Positions 52,580 through 62,271 of a DNA stretch of 64,000 nt are shown in pieces. Position numbers and translations under genes: made by a program. The stretch is from an uncultured delta proteobacterium. GTDB taxonomy: Bacteria > Myxococcota > Myxococcia > Myxococcales > Anaeromyxobacteraceae. Numbering within the stretch: the stretch's first letter is position 1; every line of letters begins with the position of its first letter. The DNA lies in contig CAWFDF010000016.1 in the NCBI GenBank assembly GCA_963814585.1, positions 1 to 64,000 of the forward strand, written 5' to 3'. Under the pieces are notes generated by a model. That model was not told the origin of the DNA. It searched no databases and saw nothing but the letters and a program-made list of their open reading frames with translations.

Positions 52580-53695
52580 ATGATGCTCAGGACGCTGGTG
52601 GTCATGGTGCTGCTGGTGGCTACGACGGCCCGCGCCCAGGAGGGTGCGGCGAGCCCGCCGAAGCCGGAGGCGCCCAGGAAGACGCGGATCGCGGTGCTGG
52701 ACGTGCAGTACGCCGGCGCCGGCGACCGCAAGACGGTGGAGGGGCTCTCGGCGCTGCTGGCCTCCGAGGTGGCCCGCCGGCCCAACCTGGCGGTGCTGGC
52801 CGGCGCGGACCTGCGGGCGCTGGTTGGCTTCGAGCGGCAGAAGCAGCTGCTGGGGTGCACCGAGAGCGCCTGCATCGCCGAGCTGGCGGGGGCGCTCGGC
52901 GTGGCCTACCTGGTCTCCAGCGAGGTCTCCAAGGTGGGGACCACCTGGCTGCTGAGCCTGACGCTGCTCGACGCCGGCAAGGCCCAGGCGCTGAACCGGC
53001 TGACCCGCAAGGCCTACTCCGACGACCAGCTCGTCGAGGAGACCTCCACCGCCGTGGACGAGCTGCTGAAGGCGCTGCCCGCGGCCGGCGCGCCGCTCCC
53101 GCCCTCCGCCCAGGCGCCCCGCGCCGAGCCGGCCCCGGCGACCCAGGCGCCCGGACAGGTCCCGCCCGGCTTCCACCGGCACGACGGCTTCTTCCTGCGC
53201 CTCCACCTCGGCGTCGGCGGGCTCAAGAGCAGCAGCGACACGCTGGACTTCTCGGGAACCTCGGGGAGCTTCGCGGTCGCGGCCGGCCTCTCCATCATCG
53301 ACAACCTGGTGCTCTACGGCGAGATCTTCGACGACGTGGCCACCAGCCCCGAGGTGAAGTTCAACGGGCAGCCGGTCACGGCCAGCGGCTCGGTCACGCA
53401 CGCCCTCATCGGCTACGGGGTCGGCCTGGCCTACTACTTCGTGCCCTTCAACGGGTACATCGGCCTCACCGCCGGCGTCGGCGGCCTCAGCCTCGAGGCG
53501 GACGGCCAGACCTACAGCACCGAGAACGGCCCGGTGATCCGCCTCAGCGTGGGCAAGGAGTGGTGGGTCTCGACCGACTGGGGCATCGGCGTGGCCCTCA
53601 ACCTGGTGAAGGGCAGCGCCAAGGACTCGCCGCCCGGCACCGAGACCTTCAGCAGCACCTCCTGGAGCGTCGCCTTCTCGGCGACCTACAACTGA
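52580..53695 (+). CDS. Secreted protein: N-terminal TolB-N/CsgG-like domain plus C-terminal beta-barrel
   Basis: RIAVLD, GC.E.ACIAELAGALG, HRHDGFFLRL, GKEWWVS, SATYN end. Confidence 0.7.
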   Translation: MMLRTLVVMVLLVATTARAQEGAASPPKPEAPRKTRIAVLDVQYAGAGDRKTVEGLSALLASEVARRPNLAVLAGADLRALVGFERQKQLLGCTESACIAELAGALGVAYLVSSEVSKVGTTWLLSLTLLDAGKAQALNRLTRKAYSDDQLVEETSTAVDELLKALPAAGAPLPPSAQAPRAEPAPATQAPGQVPPGFHRHDGFFLRLHLGVGGLKSSSDTLDFSGTSGSFAVAAGLSIIDNLVLYGEIFDDVATSPEVKFNGQPVTASGSVTHALIGYGVGLAYYFVPFNGYIGLTAGVGGLSLEADGQTYSTENGPVIRLSVGKEWWVSTDWGIGVALNLVKGSAKDSPPGTETFSSTSWSVAFSATYN

Positions 53696-53700
53696 CGGTG

Positions 53701-53730
53701 CCGCCCGGGCCGGGGCACGGGCCCGGGCGG
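53701..53730 (+). terminator. GC-rich hairpin between convergent genes
   Basis: CCGCCCGGGCC...GGCCCGGGCGG. Confidence 0.45.
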
Positions 53731-53755
53731 TGAGCCGGCGCGCCGGCTGGAGCCT

Positions 53756-53930
53756 AGTGCGTGCCGGCAAGATGCCTACTGCGAGAGCCAATCCTCTCGC
53801 TGCGGCAGGCGGCCTCGTCGGTCCGCTGCTCAGTGTAGCGCTGCTACGCTTCCGCTGCTCCCTCCTCGGGCGCCAGCCTCGCTTCGGTCTCGGCTCTCTC
53901 GTCACGTCATCTTGCCTGGGGCGCGGCACT
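53756..53930. repeat. 175-bp palindromic REP/MITE-like element, copy 2
   Basis: Core near-identical to 33500-33674; GGCAAGATG/CATCTTGCC IR, different outer stem that still pairs. Confidence 0.85.
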
Positions 53931-53946
53931 CGCGGCCCGGGGGCTC

Positions 53947-54504
53947 TCAGGGCCCGGCGCAGCCGAAGGCCCGGTTGGAGCGCCGCGCCGCCGCCAGCTT
54001 CGCCTCGCTGGCCACGTCCTCGCGCGCGGCGGCCAGCGCCCGCGGCCAGTCGATCACCTCGCCGCCGTGGTCGCGGACGAAGGCGGCGGCCGCCTCCGGC
54101 GTGGCGAAGGCCCACTTCGGCCGCGCTGCCATGACGGCGCGCTTGCGCCCGCCCATGACCCAGGTGGCGGTGGTGCTCTCGAGGAGCTGGTGGGTGTCGC
54201 GGTCGGCCACCAGCAGCTCCTTCACCGCCTTGCCAGGGTGGGCGTCGAGCTCGGTGACGGCGCAGTGCAGGCTGCAGGTGCCCACCTCGCTGCCGTCCTG
54301 GTAGCGGACCAGGGCCCGGCTGAACCCGTAGGCCTTCCGGTCCATGCCGCAGTAGCTGCACTCACGGTGAAGAGGGACGTCCTCCTGGCCGGCGGCCAGC
54401 GCCCCGGCGGCGGCCAGCGCCCCGGCCAGCACCAGCCAGGCGCGGGGCCGCCGGATCGGCGCCCGCCCGGCGGCCTGCGGGCCACGGCGCGGCGGGGCGC
54501 TCAC
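53947..54504 (-). CDS. nosL: NosL-family protein
   Basis: CSYCGMDR, GTCSLHC, VAD, WV.GG....VM, AF...A.AF...HGG. Confidence 0.8.
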   Translation of the reverse strand: MSAPPRRGPQAAGRAPIRRPRAWLVLAGALAAAGALAAGQEDVPLHRECSYCGMDRKAYGFSRALVRYQDGSEVGTCSLHCAVTELDAHPGKAVKELLVADRDTHQLLESTTATWVMGGRKRAVMAARPKWAFATPEAAAAFVRDHGGEVIDWPRALAAAREDVASEAKLAAARRSNRAFGCAGP

Positions 54505-55055
54505 GGCAGGGCCTCCAGGACGGACTGGAGCTTGCTCCGCGTGTACTCGCCGTTCATGCGGACCACGTGGTCCCGGTCCACCACCACCACCGCCATGCCC
54601 GCCTGGTAGAAGCGCTCGACGGGGGCGCCCACGTCGGCCAGCACGGTGAAGCGGGTGGTGCCCCAGCCCGAGGCGGCCTGCGCCGAGCCGGCCGCGTCGA
54701 CGCTGCCGGAGACGTAGTCGAGCGCGAGGAAGGGGACGTCGGGGAAGGCGGGCATGACGTAGCCCTGCATGTCGCTCATGTGGCTGTCGCAGATGGGACA
54801 CCACATGGTGAAGTAGAGGACCGCGCCGCGCGCCGAGCCGAGCGTGGCGTACAGCGAGACCGTGCCCCCGGAGACGTTCGCCAGCGTGAAGTCGGGCGCG
54901 AGCTGGCCGACGGCGGGGCCGACCGTCCCCGGCACCACGGCGGGCCGCTCGTCGGCGCCAGAGGGAAAGAGATCGTCGCCCACGCCGCCGCAGCCGGCCA
55001 GGAAGAGCAGGAGGCCGAGCAGCGGCGCCCCGATGCGGCGCTCAGCGCAGCACAT
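54501..55055 (-). CDS. Thioredoxin-like (TlpA/peroxiredoxin-like) lipoprotein
   Basis: LAGC lipobox; VGQ.APDFTL; FTMWCPIC. Confidence 0.8.
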   Translation of the reverse strand: MCCAERRIGAPLLGLLLFLAGCGGVGDDLFPSGADERPAVVPGTVGPAVGQLAPDFTLANVSGGTVSLYATLGSARGAVLYFTMWCPICDSHMSDMQGYVMPAFPDVPFLALDYVSGSVDAAGSAQAASGWGTTRFTVLADVGAPVERFYQAGMAVVVVDRDHVVRMNGEYTRSKLQSVLEALP

Positions 55056-56010
55056 ATCGAGCCCCCAGCGTGACGATGTCGGTGGTCGGGAAGTTCCGCC
55101 CCCAGCCGTTCGCCTGGATGGCGTGGGACCAGGCCAGGCGCGCCGACCAGTCCTCGTCGGTGCCGGCCCAGGTGAGCGTGCCGGTGACGGCCGACTTCTC
55201 CATGCCGCTCGACGGATCCGGCGCGCCGGCGATGGTGCCCGGGTCCTCCCTGAGCCAGGAGATGGCGCCGCTCAGCGCCAGCGAGGTGCCGCCGGTCCCC
55301 AGGAAGGTCCGGTAGCCGAGCGAGCCGCTGGCCAGGGCGCGGTTCCCCAGCCGCTTGCGGTAGGGTTCGACCCAGTTCCCGTAGAAGCGGTTGACGGGCC
55401 GCTCCAGGTAGAGGCCGTAGGCCAGCGAGGCCGAGCCGCTCCAGGCGCGGTAGCTCTTGTCGAGCATGACCGTGGCGTCGAGCCGGTAGAAGCCGCGGCC
55501 GGTCACGTCGAAGCTGCTGGCCACGTCGTCGTAGGGCGAGAGGCCGGTGGGGACGGTGAGGGTGGGGCCGATGGTGACCGACGGGATCAGGTCGCCGGCC
55601 GTGGCGGCCCGCCAGGCCGATCGCTCGGTCCAGGCCTCCCACCAGAGGCTCAGCGACGAGTCGCCGAGCCCACGCGTCTTCGAGGCCTGCCCCGAGTAGA
55701 CGTTGCTGTTCCAGACATACGGGACGGTGACCGCGGCCTGCCAGGGGCCCGAGAGCCGCCAGGCGCCGGTGAGGTTGAGCCGGCCCTGGAAGAGGCGCGA
55801 GCCGGGCGGATCCGGCCGGTGGACGCGGCCGGTGTCCCAGTAGCCGTCGTACTTCTCCAGGTCGAGCGACAGGTCGAGCAGGGCCCGCTCCCCCCGCGGC
55901 AGGACGCTGGCGCCGCCGCCGCCGCCACCGCAGCAGGACGCGGCCCGGGCCTGGCCGGGGACCGCCAGCGCCAGGAAGAACCCAAGGACCGCTCCCCACC
56001 TCGTGACCAC
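55042..56010 (-). CDS. Outer-membrane beta-barrel transporter-like protein with N-terminal CC motif
   Basis: Signal peptide then ASCCGGG; VPYV, GLGD, .PTG, TG.G; C-terminal GARYVLR. Confidence 0.65.
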   Translation of the reverse strand: MVTRWGAVLGFFLALAVPGQARAASCCGGGGGGASVLPRGERALLDLSLDLEKYDGYWDTGRVHRPDPPGSRLFQGRLNLTGAWRLSGPWQAAVTVPYVWNSNVYSGQASKTRGLGDSSLSLWWEAWTERSAWRAATAGDLIPSVTIGPTLTVPTGLSPYDDVASSFDVTGRGFYRLDATVMLDKSYRAWSGSASLAYGLYLERPVNRFYGNWVEPYRKRLGNRALASGSLGYRTFLGTGGTSLALSGAISWLREDPGTIAGAPDPSSGMEKSAVTGTLTWAGTDEDWSARLAWSHAIQANGWGRNFPTTDIVTLGARYVLR

Positions 56011-56212
56011 GCAGCTCCCTCTCGCAGCGGCCGATGCGGCCACGTGTCGCACCACGCGCCGCCTCCCGCGACCGGCCGGACTCGCCCACCGGTGAGCCTA
56101 GGCCTCCCTGGGCCCGGGGCGCTGCGTCCAGTTGTCACAAACATCGGTAAGAGAAGGCTTTCGGGTGCCCGACCTTGATAAGGCCAGGGCTTCTCCTGGG
56201 AGGGACCCGACC

Positions 56213-57091
56213 ATGAAGACCACCACCCGCGCCGCGCTCGGCGCCGCCTCGGCGCTGCTGCTCTCGCTGGCCGCCTGCGAATCCACCACCACGGAGTACG
56301 TGACGGTCACGGCCCCGGCCAGCACCTACCTGGTCGAGTACATCCCGGGGATGATGGACTCGGTGGTGGGCAAGTCCACCTTCAAGCTCCGCGTCCGCAC
56401 CCGGGCCGACTCGCTGCCGGCCACCGGCCTGGCCATCTCGCTGAAGCCGGTGATGTACATGCCGACCATGACCCACGGCGCGCCGGCCGACGTGGTCACC
56501 GAGTCGGCCACGCCGGGCACCTACGACTGCGCCGTCTACTACCTGATGATGTCCGGGGGCGGCATGGGGTACTGGGAGGTCACCGCCACCATCGGAGCCG
56601 AGAAGGCGGTCTTCGACCCATCGGTGGGCATGGCCATGGGGCCGATGGGCGAGTCGGTCCGCGTCAACCTCTGGGGTCCGACCGACGTCGGCATGGGCGG
56701 GATGGGCACCAACAAGTACTTCCTCTTCCTCGACGGGCCGCTGACCGCCGCGGCTGGGTCGCTGAAGCTCCACGTCTCGCGCAGCGAGAACATGATGATG
56801 GACTTCAAGCCGGTCTACGTCGGCGCGACCCTGGCGGCGCCGACCGGCGCCGTGACCAGCGTCACGCTGGCCGCCTACGCCACCACCGACACCGCCTTCA
56901 CCACCCCGCTCCCCGCGGTGCACTCGGCCAACGGCCACTGGACCATCGACCTCTCGTCGCTCGGCCTGATGGCGGGGACCCAGGCCACCGTCAACCTGAA
57001 GCTCAAGGTCAACGGCGAGGACAAGACCACCGACGGGCTGGTAGTCTCCGCCACCAACGCGTCGATCCCCTTCAAGGCGACGCCCCAGTAG
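56213..57091 (+). CDS. Met-rich YtkA/FixH-like lipoprotein (putative copper binding)
   Basis: LAAC lipobox; P.MYMPTM.HG.P, GTY...YY.M.S....GYW; many Met. Confidence 0.65.
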   Translation: MKTTTRAALGAASALLLSLAACESTTTEYVTVTAPASTYLVEYIPGMMDSVVGKSTFKLRVRTRADSLPATGLAISLKPVMYMPTMTHGAPADVVTESATPGTYDCAVYYLMMSGGGMGYWEVTATIGAEKAVFDPSVGMAMGPMGESVRVNLWGPTDVGMGGMGTNKYFLFLDGPLTAAAGSLKLHVSRSENMMMDFKPVYVGATLAAPTGAVTSVTLAAYATTDTAFTTPLPAVHSANGHWTIDLSSLGLMAGTQATVNLKLKVNGEDKTTDGLVVSATNASIPFKATPQ

Positions 57092-57122
57092 CTGGAGCCA
57101 GGCCGGGCACGAGGAGCGGGCG

Positions 57123-57587
57123 ATGTGGTTGGCGAGGTCTCTGCTGACGATCGCCCTGCTCCTCGCCGGCCCCGAGCAGGTCAAGCCGCTGCCCGGAGAG
57201 AAGTGCCCGGTCTGCGGAATGTTCGTCGCCCGCTACCCGGACTGGGTGGCCGGGGTGCGCTTCGCCGACGGGAGCCGGGTGCTCTTCGACGGCGCCAAGG
57301 ACCTCTTCAAGTTCCTGTTGCGCTACGAGGACTACGGCCCGGCGGCGCGGCGCACCGACGTCGCGGAGATCTTCGTCACCGACTACTACACGCTCAAGCC
57401 GGCGGAGGCCCGCGCCGCCTGGTACGTCACCGGGGCCGACGTGCTCGGCCCCATGGGCGACGAGCTGGTCCCCTTCGCCCGCCGCCAGGACGCCGAGGAG
57501 TTCCAGCGCGACCACCACGGCCGGCGGCTGCTGAGGTTCGACGAGATCACCCACGACCTGCTCAAGGCCCTGGACGGCGAGCGGTGA
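57123..57587 (+). CDS. nosL: NosL-family protein
   Basis: KCPVCGMFV..YP.W, FDG.KDLF, VTDYY, YV.G.DV.GPMG.ELVPF, F..DH.G. Confidence 0.88.
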   Translation: MWLARSLLTIALLLAGPEQVKPLPGEKCPVCGMFVARYPDWVAGVRFADGSRVLFDGAKDLFKFLLRYEDYGPAARRTDVAEIFVTDYYTLKPAEARAAWYVTGADVLGPMGDELVPFARRQDAEEFQRDHHGRRLLRFDEITHDLLKALDGER

Positions 57588-57657
57588 CGGCGCCCGCCAC
57601 ATGGCCAGGGGCCGGCGGAGTCCGCCGCCGCGGGGCACCGCCCACCCGGAGGGCGCC

Positions 57658-57939
57658 GTGAGGCCCTCCGACCGGCTGCTGGTCGCCGTGGTGCTGGCCG
57701 GCCTGGCGCTGCAGGCCTGCTGGCTCCACGCCCTGGGACGCCAGCGCGAGCGCGGCGGCCACGCCGCGGCGACGGCCATGGTCCGCCGGCTCGGGCTCAC
57801 CGATCTCGCCCTCTTCACCGAGGCTCGCTACACCCGCCACCCGACCCAGGCCGACCGCTTCGCGCCGTTCCAGGACCACCCCGGGGCGCTCGAGCACTTC
57901 CCCTCCGGCTCGGTGGTCGCGCCTCCGCCAGCGCCATGA
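57658..57939 (+). CDS. Small membrane-anchored hypothetical protein
   Basis: TM helix then LTDLALFTEARYTRHP.Q.D..APFQDHP..LEHFPSGS; coupled to the ABC permease. Confidence 0.6.
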   Translation: MRPSDRLLVAVVLAGLALQACWLHALGRQRERGGHAAATAMVRRLGLTDLALFTEARYTRHPTQADRFAPFQDHPGALEHFPSGSVVAPPPAP

Positions 57940-59075
57940 CCGCTCGCGCCTGGCTGGAGCGTCAGCGCTCGCTCATCGACTACACGCTGGCCTCGCTGGG
58001 CCGGCGGCGTGCCAAGAACCTCTCGCTGGTGCTGGTCTACGGCCTGACGGTCTTCGCCGTGGCCTCGACGCTCTTCCTCACCGAGGCCCTGCGCGCCGAG
58101 GCGGCCGCGGTGCTGAGCGGCGCGCCCGACGTGGTGGTGCAGCGGCTCGCCGCCGGGCGCCATGACCTCATCGCGGCGGCCGAGGTGGAGAAGCTGGCGG
58201 GCATCCGTGGCGTGGAGCGCGCGGTGGGCCGGAGGTGGGGCTACCTGCACCGCTCGGTGAGCCAGGCCAACCTCACGGTGATGGTGCCGGAGCGCTTCTG
58301 GGGAGCCGACGGTGAGGTGGTGGTCGGCGAGGGCGTGGCCCGGGTCGAGCAGCTGCGGCCAGGGGCCAGCATGCGGCTCACCGCCTCGAGCGGCGAGGGG
58401 CTCGACCTCACCGTCCGTGAGATCATCCCGGCGGAGACCGCGCTCGTCACCACCGACCTGGTGCTGGTCTCCGAGGCCACCTTCCTGAGGCTCTTCGAGG
58501 CCGATCCGGCCCGCTTCACCGACATCGCCCTCACCGTCCCCAACGCCAGGGAGATCCCCAAGGTGGCGGAGAAGGTGCTGCGCCTGGTGCCCGGCTCCCG
58601 GGCCATCACCCGCCCGGAGATGCTGCGGACCTACCAGTCGATCTTCGACTGGCGCAGCGGCCTGGTCACCGTGGTGCTCTCCACCGCCATCCTGGCCTTC
58701 GCGCTGGTGGCCTGGGACAAGGCGGCCGGCCTCTCGGCCGAGGAGCGGCGGGAGATCGGCATCCTCAAGGCCATCGGCTGGGACGTCTCGGACGTGCTGC
58801 TGGTGAAGGCCTGGGAGGGGGCGGTGGTGTCGGCGGCGGCCTTCACCGGGGGCGTGGTGGCCGCCTACCTCCACGTCTTCGTGGGCTCGGCGGCGCTGTT
58901 CGCGCCGGTCCTGGAGGGCTGGTCGGTGCTGACGCCGCGGCTCCACCTCACCCCGGCCCCGGGCGGCCTGCAGCTGGCGACGCTCTTCTTCCTCACCGTG
59001 GTGCCCTACACGGCCGCCACCGTGGTGCCGGCCTGGCGGTCGGCCACCACCGACCCCGACGCGGTGATGCGGTGA
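57936..59075 (+). CDS. ABC transporter permease (FtsX/MacB/LolE type)
   Basis: EERREIGILKAIGW, PAWRSA..DP. Confidence 0.9.
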   Translation: MTARAWLERQRSLIDYTLASLGRRRAKNLSLVLVYGLTVFAVASTLFLTEALRAEAAAVLSGAPDVVVQRLAAGRHDLIAAAEVEKLAGIRGVERAVGRRWGYLHRSVSQANLTVMVPERFWGADGEVVVGEGVARVEQLRPGASMRLTASSGEGLDLTVREIIPAETALVTTDLVLVSEATFLRLFEADPARFTDIALTVPNAREIPKVAEKVLRLVPGSRAITRPEMLRTYQSIFDWRSGLVTVVLSTAILAFALVAWDKAAGLSAEERREIGILKAIGWDVSDVLLVKAWEGAVVSAAAFTGGVVAAYLHVFVGSAALFAPVLEGWSVLTPRLHLTPAPGGLQLATLFFLTVVPYTAATVVPAWRSATTDPDAVMR

Positions 59076-59761
59076 GGGCGCTCATCGAGGCGCGGGCGCT
59101 GCGCCGGGTCTTCCACCAGGGCCGCCCGGACGAGCTCGAGGCGGTCAAGGGCGTCGACCTCTCGGTCGAGGCGGGCCGGATCACCGTGCTGCGCGGGCCG
59201 AGCGGCTCGGGAAAGACCAGCCTGCTGGCCCTGCTCGGCGCCATGGCCCGGCCGACCTCTGGCCGCATCTTCCTGGAGGATCGCGAGCTGACCAGCCTGC
59301 CGGAGCGCTTCCTCACCGAGGTGCGCCGGCGCACCTTCGGGTTCGTCTTCCAGCAGCCCCACCTGGTGCGCGGGCTGTCGGCCCGGGACAACGTCATGCT
59401 CCCGGCCTTCCCGCTGGGAGGCCCGCGCCAGGCCCTGGAGCGGCGGGCCGCCGCGCTGCTCGAGCAGCTCGGCGTGGCGCACCGGGCCTCGGCGCGGGCC
59501 GACTGGCTCTCGGGCGGCGAGGCCCAGCGGGTGGCCATCGCCCGCGCCCTGGTCAACGACCCGCGGGTGATCATCGCCGACGAGCCCACCGCCAACCTGG
59601 ACAGCGCCCTCTCGGCCGGCTTCATGGAGATCGCGGCGTCGCTGCGCGCGGCCGGGAAGACCCTGCTCCTCGCCAGCCACGACCCGCTGGTCTTCGAGGC
59701 CGGCGTGGTCGATCGGGTGGTGACGATGCGCGACGGGCGGATCGAGGCCGGGGCGCCATGA
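59072..59761 (+). CDS. ABC transporter ATP-binding protein (LolD-like)
   Basis: GPSGSGKT, GFVFQ, LSGGEAQRVAIARAL, ADEPTANLD, SHD. Confidence 0.95.
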   Translation: MRALIEARALRRVFHQGRPDELEAVKGVDLSVEAGRITVLRGPSGSGKTSLLALLGAMARPTSGRIFLEDRELTSLPERFLTEVRRRTFGFVFQQPHLVRGLSARDNVMLPAFPLGGPRQALERRAAALLEQLGVAHRASARADWLSGGEAQRVAIARALVNDPRVIIADEPTANLDSALSAGFMEIAASLRAAGKTLLLASHDPLVFEAGVVDRVVTMRDGRIEAGAP

Positions 59762-60750
59762 TTCTCAACCCGGCGGTCATCGCCCTGGCCGGTGGCGCCG
59801 TGGTGGCGGCGGTGCTGGTGGGCGGCGCGGCCGCGCAGGGCGTCGGCATCCTCCAGTCCTGGGACCTGCGGAGCGGCTCGGAGCGCCAGCTCCTGCTGGA
59901 GCGGCGCACCGCCCTGATCTCGACGCTGGTCGGCCACGCCCTGGCCTTCCAGGTGCTGTCCCTGTTCCTGTTCGTCTTCACCGCCGACGCGCTGGCCCCG
60001 CAGTTCACCGGGGCCATGTGCGCGGCCGGGTCGCTGGCCGCCGATCCCCACGGCTACCCGGCGCTGCTGCTCATGCTGGCGGCGGCGGTGGCGGCCGGGC
60101 TCTGGCTGATCCTGGACCACGCCGACGGCCTGGGCCACGACTACCCGCTCCTCCGCGTGAAGTACGCGCTGCTGCTCCTGGTGGCGCCGCTCCTGGTGGC
60201 GGCCGCGGCCTGGGAGGTGGCCTGGTTCCGCGGCCTCCAGCCCGAGGTCATCACCTCCTGCTGCGGCAGCCTCTTCAGCCGGGCCGGCCGGGGCGCCGGC
60301 GCCGGGCTGGCGGCCCTGCCGCCCGGGCTGGCCGCCGGGCTGCTCGTCACGACGGTGGGCGGCGCGGTGGCGGCCGCGCTGCACTTCCTCCGGCGCGGCC
60401 GCGGCGCGGTAGCGCTGGCGGTGCTCTCCGCCGCGGCGCTTCCGGCGGCGCTGGCGGGCGTGATCGCCTTCGTCTCCCCGTACGTGTACGAGCTGCCCAC
60501 CCACCACTGCCCGTTCTGCCTGCTGCAGCGCGAGTACCACGGGATCGGCTACCCGCTCTACGCGTCGCTGCTGGGCGGCACCGTGGCGGGCATGGGCGCG
60601 GGGCTGCTGGCCCCGTTCCGCCGCATCGCCAGCCTGGCGGCGCCGCTGCCCACCCTGCAGCGCAGGCTGGCCGGCCTCTCGGCGGCGTTGCTCGGCCTCT
60701 TCGCGGCGCTGGTGCTGTGGGCGGTGCTCACCTCCAACCTGCGAGCCTGA
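59758..60750 (+). CDS. Polytopic membrane protein with Cys/His motifs
   Basis: GAMCAAG, TSCCG, YELPTHHCPFC.L. Confidence 0.75.
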   Translation: MILNPAVIALAGGAVVAAVLVGGAAAQGVGILQSWDLRSGSERQLLLERRTALISTLVGHALAFQVLSLFLFVFTADALAPQFTGAMCAAGSLAADPHGYPALLLMLAAAVAAGLWLILDHADGLGHDYPLLRVKYALLLLVAPLLVAAAAWEVAWFRGLQPEVITSCCGSLFSRAGRGAGAGLAALPPGLAAGLLVTTVGGAVAAALHFLRRGRGAVALAVLSAAALPAALAGVIAFVSPYVYELPTHHCPFCLLQREYHGIGYPLYASLLGGTVAGMGAGLLAPFRRIASLAAPLPTLQRRLAGLSAALLGLFAALVLWAVLTSNLRA

Positions 60751-60952
60751 GCTGGCAGGGCCGGGCGGAAAGGCCGGGCCAGGCGCCTGCGCGGCCCCGA
60801 CCCGTCCGGGTCTGCCGGGTCCCCTGCCCACGGGGCGTGGCGACGGCTGGCCCGGCCGCCATGGAGTGGAGTAACATCGACGCGCCGTCGAAGTCCCCGC
60901 CGTCGAGGTCTTCGTCAACGTGTCGCAGGGCTGGAAGGGAACCGCTCCTCGG

Positions 60953-61435
60953 ATGCTTGGCCTGGCTCACGGGATCGCCAGTCGGCTCGCCGCCGCCGCG
61001 GTGGCGCTGGCCCTGTCCGGCGCGCCGCAGCTCATCGAGCCGCCGGAGCACGCCAGGGGCCATCGCTGCCAGTGCCCGGTGCGCAACGGCCACCACGACT
61101 GCGACTGCCCGCTCTGCCACGCCGAGGCGGCCCGGATCGGCAAGTCCTCGGAGATCGATCCCAACCTGCCCGCCTGCCACCGGGCGCTGGCGGCCAGGGC
61201 CCGCGCCGACGCCGACCAGTCGGCGAAGCGGAGGGCGGCCTCGGCGCCGTGCCTGACCTCCACCTGCGGCAGCTCGGACGAGCGGCTCCGCTCACCGTCG
61301 GCCGCCGACGGCTTCACCATCCCGCCGCCGTGGCAGCTCATCGTCCGGATGATCACCGCGGACGTGCCGGCGGCGCGCGATCTCGTGCTCTCCGCCCTCG
61401 GCGAGCCCGAGACCCCGCCCCCGAAGGGCGTCTAG
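60953..61435 (+). CDS. Small Cys/His-rich exported protein with a C-terminal poly-Pro motif (DUF2946-like)
   Basis: Signal-like N-terminus; HRCQC...HHDCDCPLCH; ends PETPPPKGV. Confidence 0.55.
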   Translation: MLGLAHGIASRLAAAAVALALSGAPQLIEPPEHARGHRCQCPVRNGHHDCDCPLCHAEAARIGKSSEIDPNLPACHRALAARARADADQSAKRRAASAPCLTSTCGSSDERLRSPSAADGFTIPPPWQLIVRMITADVPAARDLVLSALGEPETPPPKGV

Positions 61436-61693
61436 CCCGCGATCGCGCCTCCTGAACGGCACCTGGGACGTCCGGCGACGGATGACCAGGCGTGGAGGCT
61501 TGCGAGCGCGGGCCCTGGACGATTCGGCCCCGGAACCCCGGGATCCGCCGCCTGCGGGCAGCGGGTTCACCGGCCGGTCCCGCCGGGATCCGTCCAGCGC
61601 CGAGGTCGCGCCCGTAGCGGTGTTCTCTCTCGAACTCGAGGGTGAGGCATGTCCACGAATTCCGATCGGCTCCTCCAGCGTGGAGGAGCCGCC

Positions 61694-62146
61694 ATGAAGC
61701 GACGACTTTTCAGTCCGGCCGAGATCGCGGAGGCGCTGCAGGCGATCGAGGCCGGGGTCCGGGTGCCGGAGGTCTGCCGGCGCCTGGGCGTCTCGGAGGC
61801 CACCCTGGACCGCTGGCGGAGGAAGGCCGGGCTGATGCAGAGGCCGGCGGAGCCGGTGGTGCAGGTGCCGCTCGACCTCGACCAGGCCGCCAACCGGATC
61901 GCTGGGCTGGAGCGGCGGCTCGAGGCCTTCCGCATGGTCCTGGTGACCCTGCTCGAGCCGCCCGCGATGGCGCAGGCCGCCCGGCTCCTCGAGACCAACC
62001 TCTCGGTGAGCGCGCGGCGGGCCAGGCGGCTGCTCGGCCTCCCGCCCGTCAACTCGCCCCAGCTGCCGCGCCTCGAGGTGGGTGAGGACGGCGCCGTGGG
62101 ACCGCCGGCCTCGCCGATCCTGCTCCGGAGCGGGAAGGAGGCCTGA
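61694..62146 (+). mobile_element. IS3-family OrfA-like HTH gene without the catalytic OrfB (remnant or domesticated)
   Basis: MKRRLFS..EI...L...EAG..V.EVCRRLGVSEATL.RWRRK; VSARRARR resembles the OrfB start; no DDE domain. Confidence 0.65.
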
Positions 62147-62271
62147 TGGACGACGCGCGCGCCCCCTTTGGGTGAACCAGGCCGACACCCCACGAACACG
62201 GGACGGGAACCTGCCGCCGATCTTGGCGGTTTCATTGCGATATCGATCCCGCGCAGGTACCGTGTCGCGCA

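Noticed and set aside
53947..57587. Nitrous oxide reductase gene cluster
   Set aside because: Only NosL-family genes are present; no nosZ or nosD in the window
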